Source: Bacteroidia bacterium
GTDB lineage: Bacteria; Bacteroidota; Bacteroidia; Bacteroidales; VadinHA17
DNA length: 64,000 bases
Direction: 5' to 3'
Assembly: GCA_041480425.1 (NCBI GenBank)
Contig: JBGOZX010000006.1
Location: forward strand, 178 to 64,177
The notes beneath the pieces were generated by a model, which searched no databases, was not told the origin of the DNA, and saw only the letters and a list, made by a program, of their open reading frames with translations. Position 1 is the stretch's first letter; every line of letters starts with the position of its first letter. This document shows positions 10,487-19,659 of the stretch, piece after piece. The translations under genes and the position numbers were made by a program.

Positions 10487-11323
10487 ATGAGTGACAATAT
10501 ATATACACCTTACCTGATGGAGATCGAACATATTGTCGAAGAGACTCCTGATGTCAGGACATTCCGGTTAAAATTTAAAAGTACAGAAGATGCTGAAAAG
10601 TTCTCCTTTAAAGCCGGCCAGTTTGGTGAATATTCCGTATTTGGTGAAGGAGAATCAACTTTCTGTGTAGCCTCCTCTCCCACCCGTAAAGGTTATATTG
10701 AATGTACATTCCGTAAAGCTGGTCGTGTTACAAATGCCCTGGCAAATCTTGAAGCAGGCGATACAGTAGGTTTCAGGGGCCCGTATGGCAACACTTTCCC
10801 GATTGAACAATGGGAAGGTAAAAACCTGTTATATATTGCCGGTGGTATTGCCTTACCACCAATGCGTTGCGTAATCTGGAATACAATTGATCTCCGCGAT
10901 AAATATAAAGATATAACCATAATATACGGTGCCCGTTCTGTTGCTGACCTGGTTTATAAACAGGAACTAAAAGAGTGGAATGAAAGACCGGATATTAAGC
11001 TTATAACAACAGTTGACCCGGGTGGTCAGACGCCAGAATGGAAAGGTGAAATTGGATTTGTCCCAATGGTTCTCGAGAAAGTTGCTCCATCATCCGAAAA
11101 TACTATTGCTATTCTCTGTGGCCCGCCTGTGATGATAAAATTTACAATGCCAGTTTTGAAAAAGCTTGGTTTCCAGGATAAAGATATCTACACAACCCTG
11201 GAAAACAGAATGAAATGCGGTTTTGGTAAATGCGGCCGTTGTAATGTCGGAAAGGTTTTTGTCTGCAAAGACGGCCCAGTATTCAGCTACGAACAGATAT
11301 TATCATTGCCGGAAGAGTATTAA
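10487..11323 (+). CDS. flxA: FlxA: FAD/NAD-binding 2Fe-2S oxidoreductase (PyrK/AsrB/HydG family)
   Basis: AGQF, RGPYGN, AGGIALPP, CGPPVM, MKCGFGKCGRC...VCKDGPVF. Confidence 0.87.
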   Translation: MSDNIYTPYLMEIEHIVEETPDVRTFRLKFKSTEDAEKFSFKAGQFGEYSVFGEGESTFCVASSPTRKGYIECTFRKAGRVTNALANLEAGDTVGFRGPYGNTFPIEQWEGKNLLYIAGGIALPPMRCVIWNTIDLRDKYKDITIIYGARSVADLVYKQELKEWNERPDIKLITTVDPGGQTPEWKGEIGFVPMVLEKVAPSSENTIAILCGPPVMIKFTMPVLKKLGFQDKDIYTTLENRMKCGFGKCGRCNVGKVFVCKDGPVFSYEQILSLPEEY

Positions 11324-11372
11324 CAACATATTTCTAAAAATTTCTTTTTGAATAAGCAATATCGCTTACTCC

Positions 11373-12350
11373 TTAAAACCTGATGCTCAGTTGGACCTTA
11401 AGCCTTATTTGTTCCTCCACCAGATGGAAGCGGGAATCAGTATTCCATTGCCTTTCCAATCCAACCTTTTTCAAGGCGAAGCATGTAACTGAACCCAGTG
11501 TATAGATAGTGATATGCTTTCCTTGGAAGAAATCCCAGACCGGGATTCAGGGAATCACCAAAATAATTGTATTGCAGAGACATTTCAAAAAGGTCATTTG
11601 GATAATCTATCATAAGGCCCCAGGCACTCTTGTTTCCTCCTTTGGTCTCATTCCAGTTCTGAACACCCCATAAACCTGCGGAAAAATTATTGGAACCCAT
11701 AAATCGCGAAGTTTTGTATGTAAAATCGACTCCAACAATTGTATTTTTTTTGCCTGAAGGGTCTCCATTTGTAGCAATAACGCCGACCTTTGACTCGTCA
11801 TGGATATTCTGTGATATCCGTCCGGCAAACAGATTCTGTGAAGGGATCAGACCTGAATGGCTTGATTGAACATCGAGAGCAGCAAGGTTTGTATTTCCGA
11901 CCTTCCCGAATACTTTGGTCCCCCGTTGGCAAATCCTTCACTGCGTGCACCCTTCGGGTTAATAATAAAAACATAGGCGCTTCTTTTATCCTGAAACGGA
12001 TCTATCAAAATACTTACCTGGTCGCCGTTCCTTTCTTCAGATTTATCATGTTCCATTGTGTTTGCAGCGATTTTACGAGGTTCGCTGTCATAGCACCGGA
12101 TTCCTATGTACATGCTGTTCTGATCATAAATTATCCTCACTTCCGTTTTTTCAGTAGGGTCAGACCCAGGAGTGGATTCAACCATTCTGAAATCCGAAAA
12201 TGGAGTAGCATTATTCCATATAGACTCATTAAGTCTACCATCGACTACCGGAGACTGGTCAGATTTGAAAGCCTTTATAACGGTCTCTTGTGCAACGCCA
12301 ACCTGGTAAAAAATAAATAATAATAAACACAAGGAAAAGAGTTGGCGCAT
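11373..12350 (-). pseudogene. CBM9/DUF5916 outer-membrane protein remnant with two large internal deletions
   Basis: Three homologous segments in different frames: N-terminal signal + CBM9-like part (12350 to ~11923), a middle part starting GTKVFGKVGNTNLAA (~11922 to ~11452), and the true C-terminus QWNTDSRFHLVEEQIRLKVQLSIRF* (stop 11373-11375). 978 nt versus 2064 nt for the paralog at 15730-17793. Confidence 0.8.
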
Positions 12351-12526
12351 TTTCGTTTTTTTAAGGTGTATAAGATAAAAATTTTATGTTTTATCTATTC
12401 ATTTTTATCCTGTTTTCACGCCACCCAGTTTCCTGGCATTTTGTTTATATAAATAATTGGACGGCTATATCCGTTGCCGGCCTCTTTATAGCCTGGCGAA
12501 TCGATTTTATTCAGGTTGTTTATTAC

Positions 12527-13204
12527 TTAAAACGATTGGATAGTAAAATCATCAAAATAAGTTACTGCATCAGCCTTTGTCCACAGTCCTATATGACCGG
12601 GTGATTTGAATGTATCATCTGTTGCATCTATCATTTTGACGCTATTGAGAGAGCAAGAAGTTTTATTTCCTTTTAATTCAATGATCATTGTAAACCATAC
12701 CCCTGTTTTGATGGCACAATCGACACTTTTTAATTGTTTACGATTACCATTTACTACGCGATAGAATCGGAAATTATTTTCGAGCGGATTACACCTTGCG
12801 ATATAATAATTATTGTTATCAATATATCTCCATACTAAACCACCGCCCTGGTCCTCTTCACCTGCAACAGCTTTTATTTTTACCGTCAATGTGAAATCCT
12901 GATAAGCCGGTTTATCAAGAACAAGCAGATTATAATAATCACCTTCATTTTTTGCTAACTGGGCAACTACTTTGTTTCCATTATCATTCACGACTTTCCA
13001 GTTAAGGTGCTGTAGCTTACCTGTTGCTGTTTGAGTGAAGCCATTTGGTAATTTGTCAACTTCACATTTTTCAAAGTTAACAATGGTATCTTTGCTATTG
13101 GCACTTGCAACTTGCAAGGTTGTTTTGCCATTAGTTATAGGCTTGCCTGAACAAACCAATAAAGCAGCAATGGCAATTGTTGGAATAAATAATTTTCTTT
13201 CCAT
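12527..13204 (-). CDS. Exported DUF1080 (3-keto-disaccharide hydrolase-like, concanavalin fold) protein
   Basis: Signal peptide; GEEDQGGGLVWRY, NYYIARCNPLENN, GHIGLWTKADAVTYFDDF. Confidence 0.7.
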   Translation of the reverse strand: MERKLFIPTIAIAALLVCSGKPITNGKTTLQVASANSKDTIVNFEKCEVDKLPNGFTQTATGKLQHLNWKVVNDNGNKVVAQLAKNEGDYYNLLVLDKPAYQDFTLTVKIKAVAGEEDQGGGLVWRYIDNNNYYIARCNPLENNFRFYRVVNGNRKQLKSVDCAIKTGVWFTMIIELKGNKTSCSLNSVKMIDATDDTFKSPGHIGLWTKADAVTYFDDFTIQSF

Positions 13205-13209
13205 TTTTT

Positions 13210-13440
13210 TTATTTTTTTTCATAAATCATTAATTGAGCATCACTTCCTGAACGAGCCGGTGCAGCTACTATTAATTGATTCTTGTTATCGAATGCAAGA
13301 TGGTCAATCCGACCACTAACATTGGGTAATTGAATTGAAGTAACTAATTGAAGGCTGTGATTAGATAATGAGGTTTGAGCCTGACAATTATTAAAACAAG
13401 AAGCAATAATTATTATGAAAATAACTTTCAACTGATACAT
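13210..13440 (-). pseudogene. YncE/YVTN beta-propeller (ChrK-like) remnant, in-frame internal deletion
   Basis: 76 aa: signal peptide and first-blade motif IQLPNVSGRIDHLAFD joined directly to the family-type C-terminus LIVAAPARSGSDAQLMIYE. Confidence 0.7.
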
Positions 13441-13539
13441 AGTTTTTATTTAATAAGAGGCTTTTAAATTTAACATTGACTATAATCTATATTGAAGTAT
13501 CCAAGATCTTTTAAAGCTGTGTGAATCACATAGTATTGT

Positions 13540-14403
13540 TCATTTCTTTGAGTTGGTTTTATCAAGTGCTGCCTTTAATCCTTTTGCTAATTTCCCTGGT
13601 TCATCAACTGCCCAGAAGTGAAGCATGAATAACCTTGGTTTGTCGTAAAGCATGTGGTTGTGAATTGCAGTTACCTGGATTCCGTTTTCAGTCAGGGCTT
13701 TTGCAACGGGATTGACCTCCTCAGCAATTAAAACAAAATCACCTGTAATTGCTGCTTTGTTTTCATCCATCTGAAAATTTATTCCTGTCGCCATTCCCAT
13801 ATAAGCAGGCATTTCCATTCCGCTTTCCGTGAGTTTTTCGTTTCGTGGGAAAGAGTACTGAAGAAGATTGCCATTGTGTTTTCCTGTGGTGCCAAGAATT
13901 GCTTCCACTTTTGACCAATCAGGATTTGTGGATTGTGTTTGTGCCTGAGGTGAAGTCAGCGGGGTTCCTGTAATTGCAATTACTGATTTCATTTTTTCGG
14001 CAAGTGATACCGCATTACCGTTTCCGGAAAAATGAATGTATTTAATGGCGGGTGCTTCATTGACAATGTGATTATGAAGCGCAGTGATTTGAATACTATT
14101 AGAAATTAGTTTTGAAATGACAGGAGCGACTTCTTTATCAAGAACAACAAGATCGCCCATCATCATTGCTTGATTGCCCATTTTCATGAAGCCAATCCAT
14201 GAGCTAAGGGCTAGACCGGGAGCGACAAAAAAATCACCAACTTTTACTTTTAAGTCGGAACGGGGAAATGTAATTTTAAAAACATTGTCCTGAACATTTC
14301 CTTTTTTGCCAAAAACCTTTTCTACATCGCTCCATTCATTTTGCTGTGCGATACTGCTATTTGCAATAAGCAGCAATGAGAGAATAAAAGATAATTTGTT
14401 CAT
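13540..14403 (-). CDS. DUF1259 (LppY/LpqO-like, ChrL-like) exported protein
   Basis: Two repeats of FPR...GD(L/F)V...EV.PV...L....I..TA.HNH......(I/L)H(F/W); start taken at MNKLSF. Confidence 0.88.
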   Translation of the reverse strand: MNKLSFILSLLLIANSSIAQQNEWSDVEKVFGKKGNVQDNVFKITFPRSDLKVKVGDFFVAPGLALSSWIGFMKMGNQAMMMGDLVVLDKEVAPVISKLISNSIQITALHNHIVNEAPAIKYIHFSGNGNAVSLAEKMKSVIAITGTPLTSPQAQTQSTNPDWSKVEAILGTTGKHNGNLLQYSFPRNEKLTESGMEMPAYMGMATGINFQMDENKAAITGDFVLIAEEVNPVAKALTENGIQVTAIHNHMLYDKPRLFMLHFWAVDEPGKLAKGLKAALDKTNSKK

Positions 14404-14436
14404 TGTTATAATTATTAATAGGTACATAATTTCTAT

Positions 14437-15609
14437 TTAAAAAGATGTTTTTAATACAAACCCTATGATAGCTGCAATGAGAATTATAAACGGTTCTGGA
14501 ATTTTCTTTATGTAAAGTAAAGCAATTACTGATGTGATTGCAATTATTGCAGTCGGGATGTCAACAATGCTGCGAATACCAATAATGATTACTGCACCGA
14601 CTAAAGCACCAATTACGGCTGCCGTAATACCGTCGACAAACGCTTTGATTGATGCATTTTTAGCTATTTTTTTGAAGTATGGTGCGGTAACCAAGGTAAT
14701 TAAATAGCATGGAAGAAATGTTGCCAGTGCGGCAACACAAGCTCCCGGAAACCCGGCAACCAGGTATCCGATAAATCCAACAGTTATAACCACAGGACCC
14801 GGTGTGATCATGGCAACTGCAACAGCGTCGAGAAATTGCTTTTCATCGAGCCAGTGAAACTCCTTTACAACACTTCCATGTAAAAATGGAATAATCGCAA
14901 GCCAGCTGCCAAAAACAAAAGCACCTGCTTTAGTGAAAAACAGTGCAATTTTTACCAAAGTTGATGTTTCGAATTGCCAAAAACCAATTCCGGCAAACAT
15001 GACAAATTTTGAGGAGTTATCCTTTATCCACTTAGGCGGGGCTTTAATAAGCATATAAAGAATACCCGCTCCAATAAAAAAGAGTACTTGTTCTGATTTA
15101 GTAATAATTGTGATTGTAATTCCACTGATAAAAAACAACCAGAGTATCCAGTTTTTTTTAAATGATTCAATATTGAATTTGCCTATAGATTTTGTGGTAA
15201 GCTTATAAGAACTCATTGCAATAATGCCGATTACAGCTGCTCCGACTCCGTAAAACACAGCTTGCATCCAGGGCAGACCTCCAAATAATTTGTATGCAAC
15301 ACCAATGGCTACTACAATTAAAAATGAAGGCATTACAAATACAAGTCCGGCAAGGGTAGCGCCTATGAATCTGTAATGTATAAAACCCAAATACATACTT
15401 AACTGAGCAGCTAAAGGCCCGGGTGCAAGCTGTGCTAATACCAAACCTTCCTTATATTCTTCTTCAGAAATCCATTTGCGGTTTTCCACCAGATCACGAT
15501 GCATATAACCAACTAATGCAACAGGACCACCGAAACCGGAATAACCAAGCCTTAGAAAATACAGAACTAATTGTCGTAATGTGTAGATTGCTTTTATTTC
15601 TGCTTTCAT
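14437..15609 (-). CDS. chrA: Chromate efflux transporter (long-chain CHR family)
   Basis: GFGGPVALVGYMHRDLVE, AQLAPGP, AMITPGPVVITVGFIGY; two homologous hydrophobic halves. Confidence 0.93.
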   Translation of the reverse strand: MKAEIKAIYTLRQLVLYFLRLGYSGFGGPVALVGYMHRDLVENRKWISEEEYKEGLVLAQLAPGPLAAQLSMYLGFIHYRFIGATLAGLVFVMPSFLIVVAIGVAYKLFGGLPWMQAVFYGVGAAVIGIIAMSSYKLTTKSIGKFNIESFKKNWILWLFFISGITITIITKSEQVLFFIGAGILYMLIKAPPKWIKDNSSKFVMFAGIGFWQFETSTLVKIALFFTKAGAFVFGSWLAIIPFLHGSVVKEFHWLDEKQFLDAVAVAMITPGPVVITVGFIGYLVAGFPGACVAALATFLPCYLITLVTAPYFKKIAKNASIKAFVDGITAAVIGALVGAVIIIGIRSIVDIPTAIIAITSVIALLYIKKIPEPFIILIAAIIGFVLKTSF

Positions 15610-15729
15610 ACCTTTAACTATGGGTATCTGCTCAGTAAATCTTTAATATTAACAAAGCAGAGGTAGAAAAGTTGGATTGTTTGAATTACATAAAAGCCAA
15701 TAAAACAAATTACTTACAAAAATCAAATT

Positions 15730-17793
15730 TCAAAAAGACAATGGATAAGTAAGTTTTAAATATGCGATATATTTATTCTGGAACAGATCCATATTGTCAA
15801 AATACTCTATATGGTTTACAATAAAATATAAATTACCAAATGGCGGTTTAAAACGCCAGCCAACCAGTCCGTAAACATAAATTTTGTCATTCGAGCTGTT
15901 GTTCTGACATATCAGTTTGATCCACAGGTTGTTCGAAAAATTGTATGTAGTTGATATACTGTTTATAAAGGCAGTCTTGTAGGAATCTGTCTCAGGGGTA
16001 AATTCAATATATCGGGGCTTTAATTCAAGTGCCAACTTATCGAATGCTTTTAATCTCAGTCCGGCTTCTATTGAATAATAATCCGATCCGAAGCTGCGAC
16101 CTATGCGAAATCTCAGATTGGCGCTGTTATATGCTTCTGTGTTGTAGCCTACCCCTGCAGAATAATAATTATTATAATAGCCTGAATTTTCAGCTGTCAA
16201 AAACCGGTATTCATTATTATACCTTAAATCAAAATTGAATTTATTGATAAAATAAACCTCTGCCGACTCATTGAAATTCCAGCTCATGAACCTGGTATAA
16301 TCATGATTCCAGAAAATGTTGTTTGCCGTTGTTAATTTGATGTACTTGAAAACAGAGTTTTTCGCCCACCATTTATATGACAGATCACTATCAAACTCAT
16401 TCCGGTTATCATCTTTGATATACCCTGTTTCGTTAAGAATATCTTTGAATCCATCACCATCATAATATGAATATCTCAGATGCCAGTGAAAAAAATTATT
16501 CTCAACAGCAAACCGTAAATATCCGGCATTGCGTACCGTACTCCAGTCATCAATCGCAGCTACGTACTGCCCGGTTAATTTCCAGAGTGAACCAAGGTTT
16601 AATACGTAATCAGCGCTTAATGATGAGCTTGATGTATTTCCTGTAATTTTAGATGTTGCAGTAAAGCCTAAGCTTGATGATTCCAGTATGTCTCGTTTTA
16701 GTCGGAAAACATTATAAATAGGCTTATTATCGGAAGAATCGGCAGCATTTTTATCAAATGCAACCATCAGATTGATATTGTTTTTACCGATCTTCCCGGT
16801 AAGCTTCCCGGCTGCTGCAATATCGCCAATACGCCTTGAATAGAATGTTTTCAAACGTGTGTCATACATCTCATTTCCTTCCTGGAAAAATATTCGTTTC
16901 TCGGGATACTCAATTTCATACTTTGTCAGATCAATCACATCTTCATCGGCCTCAACAGTGGCAAAATCGGGGTTAACTGTAATATTTGTTGTCAGGTTGG
17001 AATTGATCTGCCAACTCAAATCTGATCCGATTTGTTTATCAAAGGTGTAGTTTCCCCAATCGGCATTATTCGTTGTTACCTTTCCCATTCCGTAAGGAAC
17101 AAGTAAAAGGGTGTTTTTTGTTGAGGGCGGAATAATATTCTGCAGTTGCCCGGATAATGAAATTTTAAAATCTTCCTGGACGGTCCCGGCCCAATAGGAT
17201 ATTTCCGAATCCTCTCTTCCAATGCGTCTGAAGTTTATTTGCCAGTCTGTAAGACCCTTTTTGAATTTAATACTTTTAAACGGGATTGCCATTTCAGCAA
17301 ACCATCCCCAGTCGTATATTCCGGCCGCCGACAACCATTGAGTGTCCCAGTTGTAATCAAGAGTACGCCCATCGTCAATAATCCTGAAATCGGTCTGGAT
17401 TCCCAATGGATTCAAACCAAAACCATAGGCATTACGGTTGTCGTTGAAAGTACCAAGGATGAGGTAAACTCCATCATCGCTTTGCGCGAATTTATCGCGT
17501 AGCTGGATTTTTGCCATAACCGCAGATCTCTGAAAACATGCAAATGCAACATAAAGAGTATCAACCGACTGCATGACCACAATTTTTGTTTCAGAAGATG
17601 AAGGGGTGCCGTTTTCCGGTTCAAGCTGGAAAAAATTATATGAAGTCATAAGCGACAGAACGTCGTCTGATTTACCATCAATGGTAGGGATTGTTTTTGC
17701 AGTTATAACCGCTATTGTCTTTTGTCCGTCGGCATAAACAGCAGGCAATAAAAGCAAAAAAATAAAAAGGGAACAGAACTTTTGTTTATCCAT
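15730..17793 (-). CDS. CBM9-like + DUF5916 outer-membrane protein
   Basis: Signal peptide, PTIDG, NPLGIQTD, AEMAIPFKSIKF, TVNPDFATVEAD, YPEKRIFFQEG, FYSRRIG; terminal Phe. Confidence 0.85.
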   Translation of the reverse strand: MDKQKFCSLFIFLLLLPAVYADGQKTIAVITAKTIPTIDGKSDDVLSLMTSYNFFQLEPENGTPSSSETKIVVMQSVDTLYVAFACFQRSAVMAKIQLRDKFAQSDDGVYLILGTFNDNRNAYGFGLNPLGIQTDFRIIDDGRTLDYNWDTQWLSAAGIYDWGWFAEMAIPFKSIKFKKGLTDWQINFRRIGREDSEISYWAGTVQEDFKISLSGQLQNIIPPSTKNTLLLVPYGMGKVTTNNADWGNYTFDKQIGSDLSWQINSNLTTNITVNPDFATVEADEDVIDLTKYEIEYPEKRIFFQEGNEMYDTRLKTFYSRRIGDIAAAGKLTGKIGKNNINLMVAFDKNAADSSDNKPIYNVFRLKRDILESSSLGFTATSKITGNTSSSSLSADYVLNLGSLWKLTGQYVAAIDDWSTVRNAGYLRFAVENNFFHWHLRYSYYDGDGFKDILNETGYIKDDNRNEFDSDLSYKWWAKNSVFKYIKLTTANNIFWNHDYTRFMSWNFNESAEVYFINKFNFDLRYNNEYRFLTAENSGYYNNYYSAGVGYNTEAYNSANLRFRIGRSFGSDYYSIEAGLRLKAFDKLALELKPRYIEFTPETDSYKTAFINSISTTYNFSNNLWIKLICQNNSSNDKIYVYGLVGWRFKPPFGNLYFIVNHIEYFDNMDLFQNKYIAYLKLTYPLSF

Positions 17794-17940
17794 AAAAAAA
17801 AGGACTTTATCAGAGAACCAAAATTAATCGTTTTTTAATGTGAGATTATATTAGCCTTTGTTATTCAATACCAACAAACGAAGATAATTTTGATTACTTC
17901 TAAATCGAGGGGATTCGTTGAGAGGCTGCTTAAAAATGTA

Positions 17941-18558
17941 CTAAACAACAGGACTCTTCATAATAAGGAAATATTTTATCAGAAGGGTTACTGTACCAAA
18001 CAAAAGAAATAGATCTAAGTAAACAGTAAGTTTTAAAACACCGAATATTCCATAAAATAGGCCAAAAGCAATTAAGGTAATCGTAATGGATTGAGATCCG
18101 AATCCATTATATAACAGGGCAAAGCCGATCAAAAGCGATAAAGTGGGACAAGGAATTAATCCTGCCGGGGAGGCATATAAATATTTGAAAAAAGAATCCG
18201 TATTCAGGAAATGAGGATAAACCAGGCCAAAAATTATCATAAGAATACCAATTATATAAAATGGGGATGAAGATAAACTAATCGGACCCGGAGAAGTCCT
18301 TAGTCCAAAAATGGAAACAAGGATTGTCATTATTGAAAAGAGAGTTCCGTTAAAAGGATTACCTGATATCCATGCAAAGACAGCTACTGAAAATAGAGGT
18401 AAACACAATAACATTCCCATCAATTTGTTCGAAGGTTCCCATTTAGCAATTAAAAATGCTAGCAGAAGGTAGAAGGCAACATGCCAGAACATAGCAAATC
18501 CAGTATAATTATTTACAATAGAATGCAATGAATCCAGAATATCCCTAGCTTTTGGCAT
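17941..18558 (-). CDS. Integral membrane protein (possibly DUF6064-like)
   Basis: About 7 hydrophobic segments; GLVYP and GLIPCPT motifs. Confidence 0.6.
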   Translation of the reverse strand: MPKARDILDSLHSIVNNYTGFAMFWHVAFYLLLAFLIAKWEPSNKLMGMLLCLPLFSVAVFAWISGNPFNGTLFSIMTILVSIFGLRTSPGPISLSSSPFYIIGILMIIFGLVYPHFLNTDSFFKYLYASPAGLIPCPTLSLLIGFALLYNGFGSQSITITLIAFGLFYGIFGVLKLTVYLDLFLLFGTVTLLIKYFLIMKSPVV

Positions 18559-18778
18559 AATTAAAAATTGATCAGATTAATACAATATTTTATTAAAGAA
18601 TTACTAAATTATATAATTCAACTTAACAAACCATATGACATGATCCATTTGTTTTGGTTGTTTTACTAATAATCAGGTAAGATCCTAAGACGAGCAACGA
18701 TTAAAGTTGTGAATAAAAACCTGTTGGCTTCGGCCGATGGTTTAAAACTCCCTCCTTAATGAGGACTTTAGCCCAGTC

Positions 18779-18792
18779 ATGATAAGAATCAT
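18779..18792. promoter_or_regulatory. Perfect Crp/Fnr-type palindrome ATGAT-N4-ATCAT
   Basis: ATGATAAGAATCAT in the divergent spacer upstream of the Crp/Fnr gene; resembles the FNR box TTGAT-N4-ATCAA. Confidence 0.45.
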
Positions 18793-18947
18793 AAATCTGT
18801 TTTTTCGGTATGCTATAAAACATAAAAGTAAAAAACTGTTATAGTGATCTTTACAAGTGTCTGTAATTGAATATGTTAAAAAATGTTAATTTGAATTTAT
18901 CAGGATTCTTTTACTAACTTTGATATGTTTTTTAACATATCAAAATC

Positions 18948-19649
18948 ATGCAATATAAGGATCCGTATATCGAGTTATGTGTTGAAGGATCTTCTTCAAT
19001 TTTCAAAGGGCTTAGCGAAAAGGATAAAGAGGCGTTGGACCAGCATCATTCCGTTTCTATTTACAGTAAAGGAGAAATTATTATTCGTGAGGGTTCAAAA
19101 CAACGGGGTCTGGTCTGTCTGGCATCCGGAAAAGCGAAGGTTTTCAAAGTCGGGGCCGGAGGGAGGGAACAGATACTTAAAATGTTACGGCCCCAGGGTT
19201 TTATAGGGTACAGGTCGCTTTTTTCCGACAATCCGTTTCCTTTCACTGTCACAGCTGTTGAAGATACTTCAGTAGTTGTTTTCGAAAAAATCTACCTGAT
19301 GAGGGTTTTAAGACGAAACGCCGATCTGGCAATAAAGTTCATAAAGTTGATGGCAGATGAGTTATTATATCTGAACAACAGAATAGTTTCGTTAACCCAA
19401 AAACATGTAAGTGCGCGAATTGCTGAATCTCTTCTCCTGCTTCGTGACACTTATGGACTGGAGGCAGATGGCAGAACAATCCGGGTAATGCTTTCAAGGG
19501 AGGACATTGCACACCTTTCAAATATGACCACCTCCAATGCGATCCGTACCTTATCGGACATGGTTTCAGAGAAGTTGATAGAGATTGAAGGGAGAAGAAT
19601 AATGATCCTTGGTCCAACAATGCTTGAAAATATCAGTGAATTGGGTTAG
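18948..19649 (+). CDS. Crp/Fnr family transcriptional regulator
   Basis: cNMP-binding-like domain (KGEIIIREG, GREQIL) and C-terminal HTH LSREDIAHLSNMTTSNAIRTLS. Confidence 0.93.
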   Translation: MQYKDPYIELCVEGSSSIFKGLSEKDKEALDQHHSVSIYSKGEIIIREGSKQRGLVCLASGKAKVFKVGAGGREQILKMLRPQGFIGYRSLFSDNPFPFTVTAVEDTSVVVFEKIYLMRVLRRNADLAIKFIKLMADELLYLNNRIVSLTQKHVSARIAESLLLLRDTYGLEADGRTIRVMLSREDIAHLSNMTTSNAIRTLSDMVSEKLIEIEGRRIMILGPTMLENISELG

Positions 19650-19659
19650 CTTCCGCTTC

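Noticed and set aside
4736-11323. Methanogenesis, sulfite reductase (Asr) or hydrogenase interpretation
   Set aside because: Bacteroidota context and no mcr, AsrC or NiFe/FeFe catalytic subunit in the window; gene order matches hdr-flx. No in-frame TGA suggesting selenocysteine in hdrA or flxD.
11790-12320. 176-aa plus-strand ORF
   Set aside because: Antisense to the DUF5916 remnant, which carries the family motifs.
18730-18775. Possible fluoride riboswitch (GGCCGATGG...TAATGA)
   Set aside because: Lacks the expected pseudoknot complement and terminal motif; no fluoride-related gene adjacent.
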